Assembly: GCA_029866025.1 (NCBI GenBank)
Contig: JARXAD010000001.1
Location: 229,873 to 293,872 of the forward strand
Direction: 5' to 3'
DNA: 64,000 nucleotides
Origin: Vampirovibrionales bacterium
GTDB lineage: Bacteria > Cyanobacteriota > Vampirovibrionia > Vampirovibrionales > Vampirovibrionaceae
The position numbers and the translations under genes were made by a program. Of the stretch, positions 8,856 through 18,298 are shown piece after piece. Each line of letters starts with the position of its first letter. Position 1 is the stretch's first letter. The notes beneath the pieces were generated by a model. That model had not been told where the DNA came from. It did not search any database and saw only the letters and a list, made by a program, of their open reading frames with translations.

Positions 8856-10223
8856 GTGCTCACCCTTTCTAAACCTAAAAAAATTGCCATAGTGGGTGGT
8901 GGTATAGCAGGCTTGGGGTGTGCTTACTTATTGCACCCACATCACACCGTTACTGTGTTTGAAGCCGCCCATTACTTAGGGGGGCATAGCAATACCGTTA
9001 CCACTCAAAGTATCAGTGGATCCGACATCCCTATTGATACAGGGTTTATGGTATACAACCCCGAAACATATCCTCACTTAATGCACTTGTTTACTCAATT
9101 AGGGGTTACGGGCGTTCCTACGGATATGAGTTTTAGTGTGCAACACGACGCAGCTGGTTGGGGCGGTCGTTCCTTGGAGTGGGCGGGAGGAAGCTTGAGT
9201 CAGCTTTTTGCTCAAAAGCGGAATCTGTTGAATCCCAAATTTTGGCAGTTGCTCCTCACCCTCAATCGATTTAATGAGGATGCCATTGAAGCGATGAGAA
9301 CGGGGAGTGCTGATACCCTAACCCTGGGCGAGTATTGTCAGCGCCAAAATTACCCCTCTGTAGTATTGGACTGGTTTCTATTGCCCATGAGTGCGGCCAT
9401 CTGGTCCACTGATCCAGAAAAAATGAGAGATTTTCCCGCTCGTACCTTGCTTCGATTTTTTGTAAATCATCGCTTCGTGGGGATGGGCAATCATGTACAG
9501 TGGCTCACCGTAGCAGGGGGCTCTCAATCGTATGTGGCCAAAATCAAAGATACCCTTCAACAGTCGGCCACAGCTTCAACGTATCTTAAGGCACCGATTA
9601 AGCAGGTAAAACGAAACGAACAAGAACCAGGCGTGACCCTTATTTTAGAAAATGGTGAAACCCACGATTTTGATCAAGTCATTCTGGCGTGTCATGCCGA
9701 TACAGCTCGGCAGCTTTTAAAAGACCCCACCGCACTAGAACAGGCACTGTTAGACCCTTTTGCCTATGAAGCCAATGTGGCTACCTTGCATACGGATGAA
9801 ACAGTGATGCCGAGCCGAAAAAATGCCTGGGCTGCTTGGAATTATGGTTTGCATGCAAATCAGGCCTCTACCCACTATTGGATGAACCGGCTGCAGCACT
9901 TACCGGATACTCGTGAGGGAGGCAACACGTATATTGTTTCCATCAATGGAGAGGCCTTGGTTCGACCTGAACGGGTCATTCAAACCGTCTCATATTCTCA
10001 CCCGCGTTTTACGTTGGCCTCTATTAAGGCTCAAAAAGAACTGGTTCAACTTAATCGACAATCAGACGAACGCGTATTTTTTGCTGGAAGTTATTTTCGG
10101 TATGGATTCCATGAAGATGCTTTTGGGTCCGCCATTCAGCTGTGCCGGCATTTGTTAGGCAATGACTGCTGGCCCGTACTGTCGGATGCGAGTGGTAGCC
10201 CTGATTGGACAATGGTGACCTAA
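8856..10223 (+). CDS. FAD-dependent oxidoreductase, amine-oxidase fold (UfaD-like)
   Basis: IAIVGGGIAG, LGGHSNT, DTGFMVYN..TYP, GFHED; GTG start after AAGGT. Confidence 0.88.
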   Translation: MLTLSKPKKIAIVGGGIAGLGCAYLLHPHHTVTVFEAAHYLGGHSNTVTTQSISGSDIPIDTGFMVYNPETYPHLMHLFTQLGVTGVPTDMSFSVQHDAAGWGGRSLEWAGGSLSQLFAQKRNLLNPKFWQLLLTLNRFNEDAIEAMRTGSADTLTLGEYCQRQNYPSVVLDWFLLPMSAAIWSTDPEKMRDFPARTLLRFFVNHRFVGMGNHVQWLTVAGGSQSYVAKIKDTLQQSATASTYLKAPIKQVKRNEQEPGVTLILENGETHDFDQVILACHADTARQLLKDPTALEQALLDPFAYEANVATLHTDETVMPSRKNAWAAWNYGLHANQASTHYWMNRLQHLPDTREGGNTYIVSINGEALVRPERVIQTVSYSHPRFTLASIKAQKELVQLNRQSDERVFFAGSYFRYGFHEDAFGSAIQLCRHLLGNDCWPVLSDASGSPDWTMVT

Positions 10224-11083
10224 TGACGCCTGAGTCTATTCCTGACTTTGCCTTGCTGGAAGGAGTGATTACCCACCATCGCCATGATGGGTATGCTCAC
10301 GATTTTCATCATCGCCAGTTTTGGATGGTGGCGCATCTCGATGTTCTGGGCAGTTTAGTGACAGAAAAAACCCACCTTAAGGGTTTGTGGCCTTGGATGG
10401 GCGTCAATCGGGCGAGCTTATACCAATTTAAGGCCGAAGACCATTTACCGGATAAAACGGGGCGACCCCTTAAAGAAAAAATACTCGCAGCGGTGAATGC
10501 CGCTGGCATTGGAACAGAAGCCACTCAGAACATTCAAATCATTTGTCATTGGCGTTATGCCAACTACACTTTTAACCCGGTAAGTTTGTTTTATGGTTTA
10601 AATTCGGCTGGAGATGCCCAATGGTGCTTGGTTGAAGTAGAGAACACGTTTTACGAGCGCAAAACCTTTGTGATTCCAAACACGGGTACCCTTACCCATC
10701 CTCGCTTTGAAGCCACGTGCCCAAAATATTTTTACGTGTCCCCATTTTTTAGGGTGGATGATACCTTTCGCTTATCATTGCCAGCCTCTCCAACGGTAGG
10801 TAAGCCCTTTGCCATGAACATCACCACCTTGCGTGACAATGCTCCAATTTTAACAGCCACCTTTCAGGCACACTGTAAGACCTTGACGTCTTCTTCCATA
10901 AGGCGCTGCTTGTGGCGGTATGCATTCATGCCTCAGCAAGTTATTGTGGGGATTCATCTGCATGCACTAAGGTTATGGCTTAAAGGCGTTCCCTTCGCTC
11001 AAAAGGAAGATTTTTTACCCCAACAACAAGCGGTTTGGAACCCCAAACCGCCATTGTGTTCTTCACGTTCATCCCAACTCTAG
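10223..11083 (+). CDS. DUF1365 family protein (UfaO-like)
   Basis: YTFNPVSLFY, EVENTFYER, KYFYVSPFF, IHLHALRLWLKG; TAATG overlap with the upstream stop. Confidence 0.88.
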   Translation: MTPESIPDFALLEGVITHHRHDGYAHDFHHRQFWMVAHLDVLGSLVTEKTHLKGLWPWMGVNRASLYQFKAEDHLPDKTGRPLKEKILAAVNAAGIGTEATQNIQIICHWRYANYTFNPVSLFYGLNSAGDAQWCLVEVENTFYERKTFVIPNTGTLTHPRFEATCPKYFYVSPFFRVDDTFRLSLPASPTVGKPFAMNITTLRDNAPILTATFQAHCKTLTSSSIRRCLWRYAFMPQQVIVGIHLHALRLWLKGVPFAQKEDFLPQQQAVWNPKPPLCSSRSSQL

Positions 11084-11093
11084 GAATTGTGTC

Positions 11094-12446
11094 ATGTCTC
11101 AACCCTTAACATCGGCGGTTACTCAAAATCCATTGGAAGGCTGGATGGCTGCTATAGCAGAAGGCCAAGGATCTCGGCGATTAAACACGCTTATTAATGG
11201 CTGGGGGCAGCAGTTACTTCACAAGGCCTTGTCTCATATGCCTCATGGGTGCCTGGCCGTTATTCATGCCAATGGGCAGCGTTGCTTGTACGGTAATAAA
11301 ATTCTTACTGAGCCAACCGCTACGTTGCAAGTAAATAACCCTAATTTTTACCGAAAGGTATTGCTGTATGGCCATATTGGTTTTGGAGAGGCCTATATGG
11401 AAGGGCTTATAGAGCCTGTAAGTTCCGATATAAAAGACATTTTAAGCTGGTTTTTACTGAACATTGATGACAGTACCATGTTGGAAGGATCGGACCGGAA
11501 AATAGGGTGGTTTAATGTGTTGGGTTGGATCAATCAGGTTATTCATACCCTACGACCCAATAGCCTGAAGCTTAGCAAAGCCAATATTCAGGCCCATTAT
11601 GATTTAAGCAATGATTTTTTTGCACTGTTTTTAGACCCTACTATGACGTATTCCAGTGCATTGTTTGAAGGAGAAACAGCGCATTCTAGTTTGGAAGCAG
11701 CCCAGTTGGCCAAAATAGATTCCCTCCTCAAGGGCCTGCGCTTAAAAGCCACTGATCATCTGTTGGAGATAGGGACAGGTTGGGGAGCTTTGGCCATTCG
11801 TGCGGTAAAGCAATACGGCTGCCACGTTACCAGTATTACAATTTCTCAAGCACAGTATACTTTGGCAAAACAGCGCATTGCCAAAGAAAATTTAAGCGAC
11901 AAAATTGATGTGCGCTTGTTGGATTACCGCGAATTGCCCAGTACTTTTGGCTCCCACTGTTTTGATAAAATTGTTTCGGTGGAGATGGTTGAAGCTTTAG
12001 GGGATGCTTATATGGAGTCGTTTTTTAGCATGTGTGCCACCATGCTAAAGCGGAATGGCTTGTTGGGTATTCAAATGATTACCTGTCCAGATAGCCGGTA
12101 TAACTTGCTTAAGTCCAACACCGATTTTATTCAAAAACATATTTTCCCCGGATCATTGTTGCCTTCGGTAGGTAGGGTCAATGAAGCATTAACAAAAACC
12201 GGCGATCTGAGCCTTTTTGAGTTAAAAGATATGGGTCTAAGCTATGCCAAAACCCTTCGTCAATGGCATGATAATTTTGTAGCACAACAGGCCTCCATTA
12301 CCTCGATGGGCTTTGACAGCGTATTTTTTAGGAAATGGGTGTATTACTTTCAGTATTGCGAAGCAGCCTTTGCAATGCGAAATATTTCTGTGGTTCAGGC
12401 CATTTACACGCGCCCCAATAATACTTCCCTCATCACTGAAAATTGA
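11094..12446 (+). CDS. cfa: Cyclopropane-fatty-acyl-phospholipid synthase family methyltransferase (UfaM/Cfa-like)
   Basis: NIQAHYDLSNDFF, TMTYSSA, LEIGTGWG, FIQKHIFPG, YAKTLRQW, YFQYCEAAF. Confidence 0.9.
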   Translation: MSQPLTSAVTQNPLEGWMAAIAEGQGSRRLNTLINGWGQQLLHKALSHMPHGCLAVIHANGQRCLYGNKILTEPTATLQVNNPNFYRKVLLYGHIGFGEAYMEGLIEPVSSDIKDILSWFLLNIDDSTMLEGSDRKIGWFNVLGWINQVIHTLRPNSLKLSKANIQAHYDLSNDFFALFLDPTMTYSSALFEGETAHSSLEAAQLAKIDSLLKGLRLKATDHLLEIGTGWGALAIRAVKQYGCHVTSITISQAQYTLAKQRIAKENLSDKIDVRLLDYRELPSTFGSHCFDKIVSVEMVEALGDAYMESFFSMCATMLKRNGLLGIQMITCPDSRYNLLKSNTDFIQKHIFPGSLLPSVGRVNEALTKTGDLSLFELKDMGLSYAKTLRQWHDNFVAQQASITSMGFDSVFFRKWVYYFQYCEAAFAMRNISVVQAIYTRPNNTSLITEN

Positions 12447-13312
12447 TAGTGTATCTAGACTGTATGCTACCCATGCTTGATTTTCATTGGTTAACGATTC
12501 CTTTATGGCAGTGGACTGTTGGATTATTGCTGAGCTTCACTCTTCTTTGGTATATAGGCTATCGTTTAAGCAATGCAGGTATTGTGGATGTGGCGTGGGG
12601 ATTTAGCTTTCCACTCTTATTTTGGATAGAAATGCTGGCCGGTGGGCTTCCTTTGTCGCCTCATGCATGGGTCGTGGGTGGGTTACTAACCCTCGCCCAG
12701 GGCCGATTGGGATGGTATTTACTCCTACGGTTTTTCCACGAACATCCACAGGAAGATGGTCGCTATTCGAAGTTTCGTTGTGAATGGACAAGTCAATATG
12801 GCTCCGGTATCGCTGAGTGGTGCATGTGGGGTTTGTTTCTCCTGCAAGGAGCGCTGATTTTAGTGTTGATGCTGCCTCTATGGTGGGCTTCAAAAAATCC
12901 TGAAGCCCTTTCTCTATTCGATTGGGCTGCCTTGGGTATAGGACTAGGTGGAATGGCCTTAGAAACCATTGCCGATACCCAGCTGAAATTTTTTAAGCAG
13001 GAGGCGAGAAAAACATCATCGCCCCACTCTATTTGCCAAACAGGGCTATGGCGTTGGAGCCGTCATCCCAACTATTTAGGCCAATGGTTACTTTGGGTAG
13101 CCTATGGGCTATTGGCCATCAATCATCACAATGCCTGGGTATTTGTATACGCACCTTTACTAATGGGGTACTTCTTAACCTATATGACAGGCATTAAGCT
13201 GACAGAGGACCATATGCTAGCGACTAGAGGGGAGCCTTATCGTCAGTATCAAGAACGAACGGCCCCTTTTATTCCTGGTCTTCAATGGCCCAACTTTACA
13301 CCTAAATCTTAA
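12443..13312 (+). CDS. DUF1295 / steroid 5-alpha-reductase-like membrane protein
   Basis: NAGIVDVAWG, EDGRY, ETIADTQL, GLWRWSRHPNY; start may be ATG 12464. Confidence 0.88.
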   Translation: MIVYLDCMLPMLDFHWLTIPLWQWTVGLLLSFTLLWYIGYRLSNAGIVDVAWGFSFPLLFWIEMLAGGLPLSPHAWVVGGLLTLAQGRLGWYLLLRFFHEHPQEDGRYSKFRCEWTSQYGSGIAEWCMWGLFLLQGALILVLMLPLWWASKNPEALSLFDWAALGIGLGGMALETIADTQLKFFKQEARKTSSPHSICQTGLWRWSRHPNYLGQWLLWVAYGLLAINHHNAWVFVYAPLLMGYFLTYMTGIKLTEDHMLATRGEPYRQYQERTAPFIPGLQWPNFTPKS

Positions 13313-13335
13313 AGACTATTGAGTGAATAGGAACG

Positions 13336-14388
13336 ATGACCATGCCTTTGATTGATACCTTACTAAAGAAAAATCTGTTGCCAGATATGGCTGTTCGGTG
13401 GGGAATTCGGCGATTATTGGAACGTAAGCTACAGTATGAAAAGAGCCTACTGCAACAAACAGGGTTTACCTCTCAAGAAGCTGTGCAGTATTTTGCCAAT
13501 GAATTGCGTCAGTTACCCATTGCCATTGATACAGACGCTGCTAATGAGCAGCATTACGAAGTACCAGCCCTTTTTTACCAGTTAACCTTAGGGCCTCGCT
13601 TAAAATACAGCAGCGGTTGGTTTGCTTCGGAACAAACGACGTTGGCGGAAGCCGAAGAGGCCATGTTGGATTTGTATGTGCAACGCGCCGGTATTACCGA
13701 TGGTATGCGGATTTTGGACCTCGGGTGTGGATGGGGCTCGCTTAGTCTCTATTTGGCCCAACGTTTTCCTAATGCAGAAATTGTAGGATTTTCTAACTCC
13801 GATACCCAGCGCCCTTTTATTGAGGAACAGGCCGCTGCCCGTGGTCTTAACAATGTGCGCATCTTGACGGGCAACATCGCTACAGATACTCCCCCTGAGT
13901 TTGAAGAAAATCCGTTTGATCGGATTTGCTCCATTGAAATGTTTGAGCACATGAAAAATTACGAGGCCCTTCTGGCCAAGTTATCGCGGTGGTTAAAACC
14001 GGAAGGGAAGCTTTTTGTGCATATTTTTACGCATAAAACCCATGCGTATCATTACGAAGATACCGATGCCACGGATTGGATGACGCGATACTTTTTTAGA
14101 GGCGGCACGATGCCCAGTGATGCGCTGTTAGCAGAGTTTCAGCACCACTTGCAACTTACCCAGCAATGGGTTGTGAATGGGACCCATTATGAAAAAACAG
14201 CCAATGCTTGGTTGGTCAACATGGATGCCCATCGCGAGGAGCTATGGCCGTTACTAGAAGAAACCTATGGGGATGCTCCAAAATGGTGGGCCTATTGGCG
14301 TACCTTTTTTATGGCTTGTGCTGAACTGTGGGGGTATAACAATGGCAACGAATGGCGAGTCTGCCATTACCTGTTTCAAAAAGTTTGA
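13336..14388 (+). CDS. Second SAM-dependent methyltransferase, Cfa/coclaurine N-methyltransferase-like
   Basis: ANEQHYEVP, LKYSS, LDLGCGWGS, SIEMFEHMKNY, FFMACAELWG. Confidence 0.88.
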   Translation: MTMPLIDTLLKKNLLPDMAVRWGIRRLLERKLQYEKSLLQQTGFTSQEAVQYFANELRQLPIAIDTDAANEQHYEVPALFYQLTLGPRLKYSSGWFASEQTTLAEAEEAMLDLYVQRAGITDGMRILDLGCGWGSLSLYLAQRFPNAEIVGFSNSDTQRPFIEEQAAARGLNNVRILTGNIATDTPPEFEENPFDRICSIEMFEHMKNYEALLAKLSRWLKPEGKLFVHIFTHKTHAYHYEDTDATDWMTRYFFRGGTMPSDALLAEFQHHLQLTQQWVVNGTHYEKTANAWLVNMDAHREELWPLLEETYGDAPKWWAYWRTFFMACAELWGYNNGNEWRVCHYLFQKV

Positions 14389-14504
14389 TAAGACCTTATT
14401 TTATTCCTTATTGCAAGGAACTATCACTAAAAACCGTTGTCTATTAATGGTAGAGAACGGTTTGTCTCGCGGCACAAAGTGATTTAAATTGTTAGGAAAA
14501 CTCG

Positions 14505-14843
14505 ATGGTATTGTCATTACGAATGTTATTTTCCATTATTTTCTTAAGCATGTTGGCAGTAACGATTCGTGCCAGCACTATGGAAAGTCTCTTCAACATT
14601 CCTGCTGTGGTTACCAATGATCCGTGGTTTATAGCCACACTCTTCGATGCCTATGCTGGGTTCTTAACTTTCTATGCTTGGGTGTTCTATAAGACTCCGA
14701 AAATTTGGGCCCGTATTGCTTGGCTGGTGGCGATTTTACTTCTGGGGAACGTTGCGATGTCTTTTTATATGTTGTGGCTTTTGTTCCGTCTGCCAGCCAA
14801 TGCCTCTCCCCAAGAGATACTATTGCGCTCATCTAAAGATTAA
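14505..14843 (+). CDS. Small membrane protein, DUF1475-like
   Basis: PWFIATLFDAYAGFLTFYAWV, LLGN; three hydrophobic segments; last gene of the lipid operon. Confidence 0.75.
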   Translation: MVLSLRMLFSIIFLSMLAVTIRASTMESLFNIPAVVTNDPWFIATLFDAYAGFLTFYAWVFYKTPKIWARIAWLVAILLLGNVAMSFYMLWLLFRLPANASPQEILLRSSKD

Positions 14844-15103
14844 GTGAGGCCTCTTGGCTGATTTCTAGAATCGTAGTGCATTCAAATTGATTAGAACATA
14901 GCCCCGTCTGAAATTGCGACAAGTATAATAGTTTATCTGTTATCAATATTCGACAAAGCCAGTGATGGCCTCTGTTTCAAGAATGACCCCTCTTTGACAG
15001 GCTTTAACTAGACTGGTAGGCATTGGGGGCAAAACCAAAGGGGCTCTAATTAGATGGTATTGTATAGAAATCTATGTCGTTCGTTATTTAGGCTGATTCA
15101 CCA

Positions 15104-16903
15104 ATGCCTTCGGGTAATCGCTCTAGCTCCGTAGCCCATGCATCTCCTCTCTCTCGGCTTTGCAAATTGGTAGTAGCCGAGAAAAAAGACTTATGGGTGT
15201 TGGTGCTATACACCTTGCTAAGTGGCCTTCTTTCTCTGGCGGTGCCGTTGGGCGCACAAGCCATGGTTAATACCATCACGGCCGGCATTTTCATCCAGCC
15301 CCTCATCGTGCTCACGTGTCTTGTACTGGGCGGCTTGTTGTTTGCGGAAGTTATCAAGCTGTTTCAGCTAATGCTGGTAGAAACCCTTCAACAACGGGTA
15401 TTTGCAACCATTGCCCTGCAATTGGGCCAGCACTTGCTTAAGGTGCAAAGCATTGCTCTGCAAGCAGAACACGCCCCCGAACTGGCCAACCGCTTTTTCG
15501 ACATTCTGACCATTCAAAAAGCGGTTTCGAAGCTGTTGTTAGAAGCTCCAGCGGCAGTGCTACAAATTTTACTGGGCATGCTGCTTATGAGTATTTACAG
15601 CCCCTACCTCATGGCCTTTGATTTTTTCTTGGTGGTTTCTTTTGTGGCTATTGGCTTGCTAGGCTGGGGGGGCGTGCGAACAAGCGTGGTAGAATCTGCC
15701 GAAAAGTACAGTGTCGCCCATTGGTTAGAAGAACTGGCCCGATGCCATGGTAGCTTTAAGCTTGCTGGCTGGCCTATAGCGGCCGTGCAACATTTAGATA
15801 CCCGCATTGGCAAATACATTACAGCCCGAAGAAAGCATTTTAAGGTAATCGTGCGCCAAGTGTTTGGCAGTTATTTACTCTATGCTTTTGCCAGCACAGG
15901 CGGCTTGGCTATTGGTGGCTGGTTGGTCATCAATCAGCAGCTAACGTTGGGGCAATTGGTGGCCGCAGAACTGGTGATTGTTATTGTGGTTTCGGCGTTA
16001 GAAAAATTAGTGGCCAGCATTGACCAATGGTACGACTTACTAACGGCCTTAGACAAAATTGGCCACGTAACAGATTTACCTGTAGAATCTGATGAGCAAC
16101 GCTTAATAGCCGCACCCACTGGGTCTCAGCAATGGACAGGGGCTAGCCTTACCGTGTCGGGGTTGTCCTTTGGGTATCAAGCCCAAGTGCCTGTGCTTCA
16201 AAACGTCTCTTTTAGTGTGGCGGCTGGAGAGCGTTTGGCCATTGTGGGCCCCAGCGGCCAAGGAAAATCTACCCTAATGGACCTGCTGTGCAGGCTATTA
16301 ACACCTCAAATAGGGCTAATTCAGCTGGATGGCGTGGATGTGCGTGATTGGACAGATGTAGCAGCCCTAAGGCAGCAAATGGCCTTGGTGGCTAACACCC
16401 ACCAACTGTTTGAAGGTACCTTGCTGGATAACATCACTTTGGGGCGAACAGGCATTAATCAAACCAGTATTCAGTGGGCGCTAGAAATAGCCGCCCTAAC
16501 CGAAGATGTGACCCAGTTGCCGGATGGTTTACAAACCATTGTGCAATCAGAAGGCAGCAATTTATCGTTGGGGCAACGATTGCGGGTGCTACTGGCTCGT
16601 GGCATTGTGCATCGCCCTCGATTACTTATTTTAGATGAAGCCCTGACAGGGATTGATCCTGCCACCAAAGGCCATATTATTGAAAATTTGTTGTCGCCCC
16701 AGCACCCGTGGACGGTGTTGTGCGTAACCCATGATCCGGCCTTTTTAGTCCGCTGTCCGCGCGTGGGGGTTCTCGCTCAAGGCCAATGGATAGAGGACGG
16801 TGATCCACGCACCCTTTTACGCAGCAGTGACAGTGTATTGGCACAGTTATTCCCAGACACCGTGTTACTGTCGGGTTGGATGAAAGAAGGCGCTTCCGAA
16901 TGA
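15104..16903 (+). CDS. ABC transporter permease/ATPase of a type I secretion/efflux system
   Basis: TM domain with LTLGQLVAAEL, Walker A GPSGQGKST, signature LSLGQR, LILDE. Confidence 0.9.
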   Translation: MPSGNRSSSVAHASPLSRLCKLVVAEKKDLWVLVLYTLLSGLLSLAVPLGAQAMVNTITAGIFIQPLIVLTCLVLGGLLFAEVIKLFQLMLVETLQQRVFATIALQLGQHLLKVQSIALQAEHAPELANRFFDILTIQKAVSKLLLEAPAAVLQILLGMLLMSIYSPYLMAFDFFLVVSFVAIGLLGWGGVRTSVVESAEKYSVAHWLEELARCHGSFKLAGWPIAAVQHLDTRIGKYITARRKHFKVIVRQVFGSYLLYAFASTGGLAIGGWLVINQQLTLGQLVAAELVIVIVVSALEKLVASIDQWYDLLTALDKIGHVTDLPVESDEQRLIAAPTGSQQWTGASLTVSGLSFGYQAQVPVLQNVSFSVAAGERLAIVGPSGQGKSTLMDLLCRLLTPQIGLIQLDGVDVRDWTDVAALRQQMALVANTHQLFEGTLLDNITLGRTGINQTSIQWALEIAALTEDVTQLPDGLQTIVQSEGSNLSLGQRLRVLLARGIVHRPRLLILDEALTGIDPATKGHIIENLLSPQHPWTVLCVTHDPAFLVRCPRVGVLAQGQWIEDGDPRTLLRSSDSVLAQLFPDTVLLSGWMKEGASE

Positions 16904-18285
16904 CAACGCGTTATCTTTCTGAGTTTGTGCCTCAGTCCCTTCAGCAGGTGCAGTCGTCTAATCATTACCAACGTTTTGCCATGTTGTTGGTGATGCTTTT
17001 GATAACAAGCGTTCTATGTCTGGTGTTTGTCCCTTGGCAGCAATCCGTTACCGGCTTGGGAGAAGTGACTGTCTTTTCCCCCTCAGAGCGTCCCCAAACG
17101 GTAAGTGCCCAAATGGATGGCCGCATTGTGCGTTGGTTTGTAAATGAAGGCGACACCGTTAAGGCAGGCGACCCCTTGGTAGAGCTAGCGGAAATAGATA
17201 ATTACTTTTTAGATACCGACCTGCTGGCCCGTTTAAAAGGTCAACGCCAAGCGTTGGAAGCCAAACGCCTTGCCATTGGCAGTGGCATGGGCAGTACGGC
17301 GTCTCAAGTAGGTAGTTTGGGCCAATACGCCAAGGTGGCCGTACCCGCGGCTACTCAAAAAATTGAACAAAGCCGCAATAAATTAAAAGCCGCCCAACAA
17401 GCCCTAGAAACCGCCCAGCTGAACCACGCACGGCGTCAAGAGCTGTTTGCCCAAGGGTTGCGGAGCAAACGCGATTTTGAATTGGCAGAATTGGATTTGG
17501 CCAAAGCGCAGGCCGAATTAGGCGTAGCCCAACGGGATGTAACGGTGGCCGAGCTAGAGCAGGGCAAAACCACGTATGAGGCCAGTGCCAAAATTCAAGA
17601 ATCCGAAGCGAAGCTAGCCAAATCACAAGAAACGTTGGCAGAGTTGGATAAAGACCTGTTAAAAATGGACATTGAGATTGCCAACATGGGGCATCGGGTG
17701 TCTCAACGCATGGTAAAGGCACCCATTGGTGGCCAAGTGGTTCGCATTTTAGCCTTGGGTGAAGGCCAAACCGTTAAGGAAAGCACTTCGCTGGCGGTGG
17801 TGGTCCCTAAAACTACGGATCAAGCCGTGGCCTTGACCATTGCCGATTTTAACGCCCCCTTGGTTGCCGTGGGGCGCCCCGTGCGAATCCAATTTTCGGG
17901 CTGGCCTGCGTTGCAGTTTTCCGGCTGGCCGTCTATTTCAGTGGGCACCTTTGCAGGCACCGTGGCGGTAGTGGATGCTTTGGACGACGGCATGAACCGC
18001 TACCGAGTTCTGGTAAGGCCCGATTGGAAGCGGATTAAAGCGGGCAAAGACAAGCCTTGGCCATCACCCAAATACTTGCGGGCGGGTACCCAAGCCCATG
18101 GCTGGATTATGCTAGACACCGTTGCCTTAGGGTTTGAATTGTGGCGTCAGTTTAATGGTTTTCCGCCGTCTCTTAAAAAAGCCCCCGCCGATACCTATAT
18201 CAATAGCGCTAAGGGTGGTGTTACCGAAGAAACCTCCTCCACGAAAGAGGGCAATAAAGTCTATCGAACCAAGCAAAAGGTTTAG
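16900..18285 (+). CDS. HlyD family periplasmic adaptor
   Basis: N-terminal TM, lipoyl-like VNEGDTVKAGDPL, coiled coil, VKAPIGG; ATGA overlap. Confidence 0.9.
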   Translation: MTTRYLSEFVPQSLQQVQSSNHYQRFAMLLVMLLITSVLCLVFVPWQQSVTGLGEVTVFSPSERPQTVSAQMDGRIVRWFVNEGDTVKAGDPLVELAEIDNYFLDTDLLARLKGQRQALEAKRLAIGSGMGSTASQVGSLGQYAKVAVPAATQKIEQSRNKLKAAQQALETAQLNHARRQELFAQGLRSKRDFELAELDLAKAQAELGVAQRDVTVAELEQGKTTYEASAKIQESEAKLAKSQETLAELDKDLLKMDIEIANMGHRVSQRMVKAPIGGQVVRILALGEGQTVKESTSLAVVVPKTTDQAVALTIADFNAPLVAVGRPVRIQFSGWPALQFSGWPSISVGTFAGTVAVVDALDDGMNRYRVLVRPDWKRIKAGKDKPWPSPKYLRAGTQAHGWIMLDTVALGFELWRQFNGFPPSLKKAPADTYINSAKGGVTEETSSTKEGNKVYRTKQKV

Positions 18286-18298
18286 CACGGTGTAGCCA

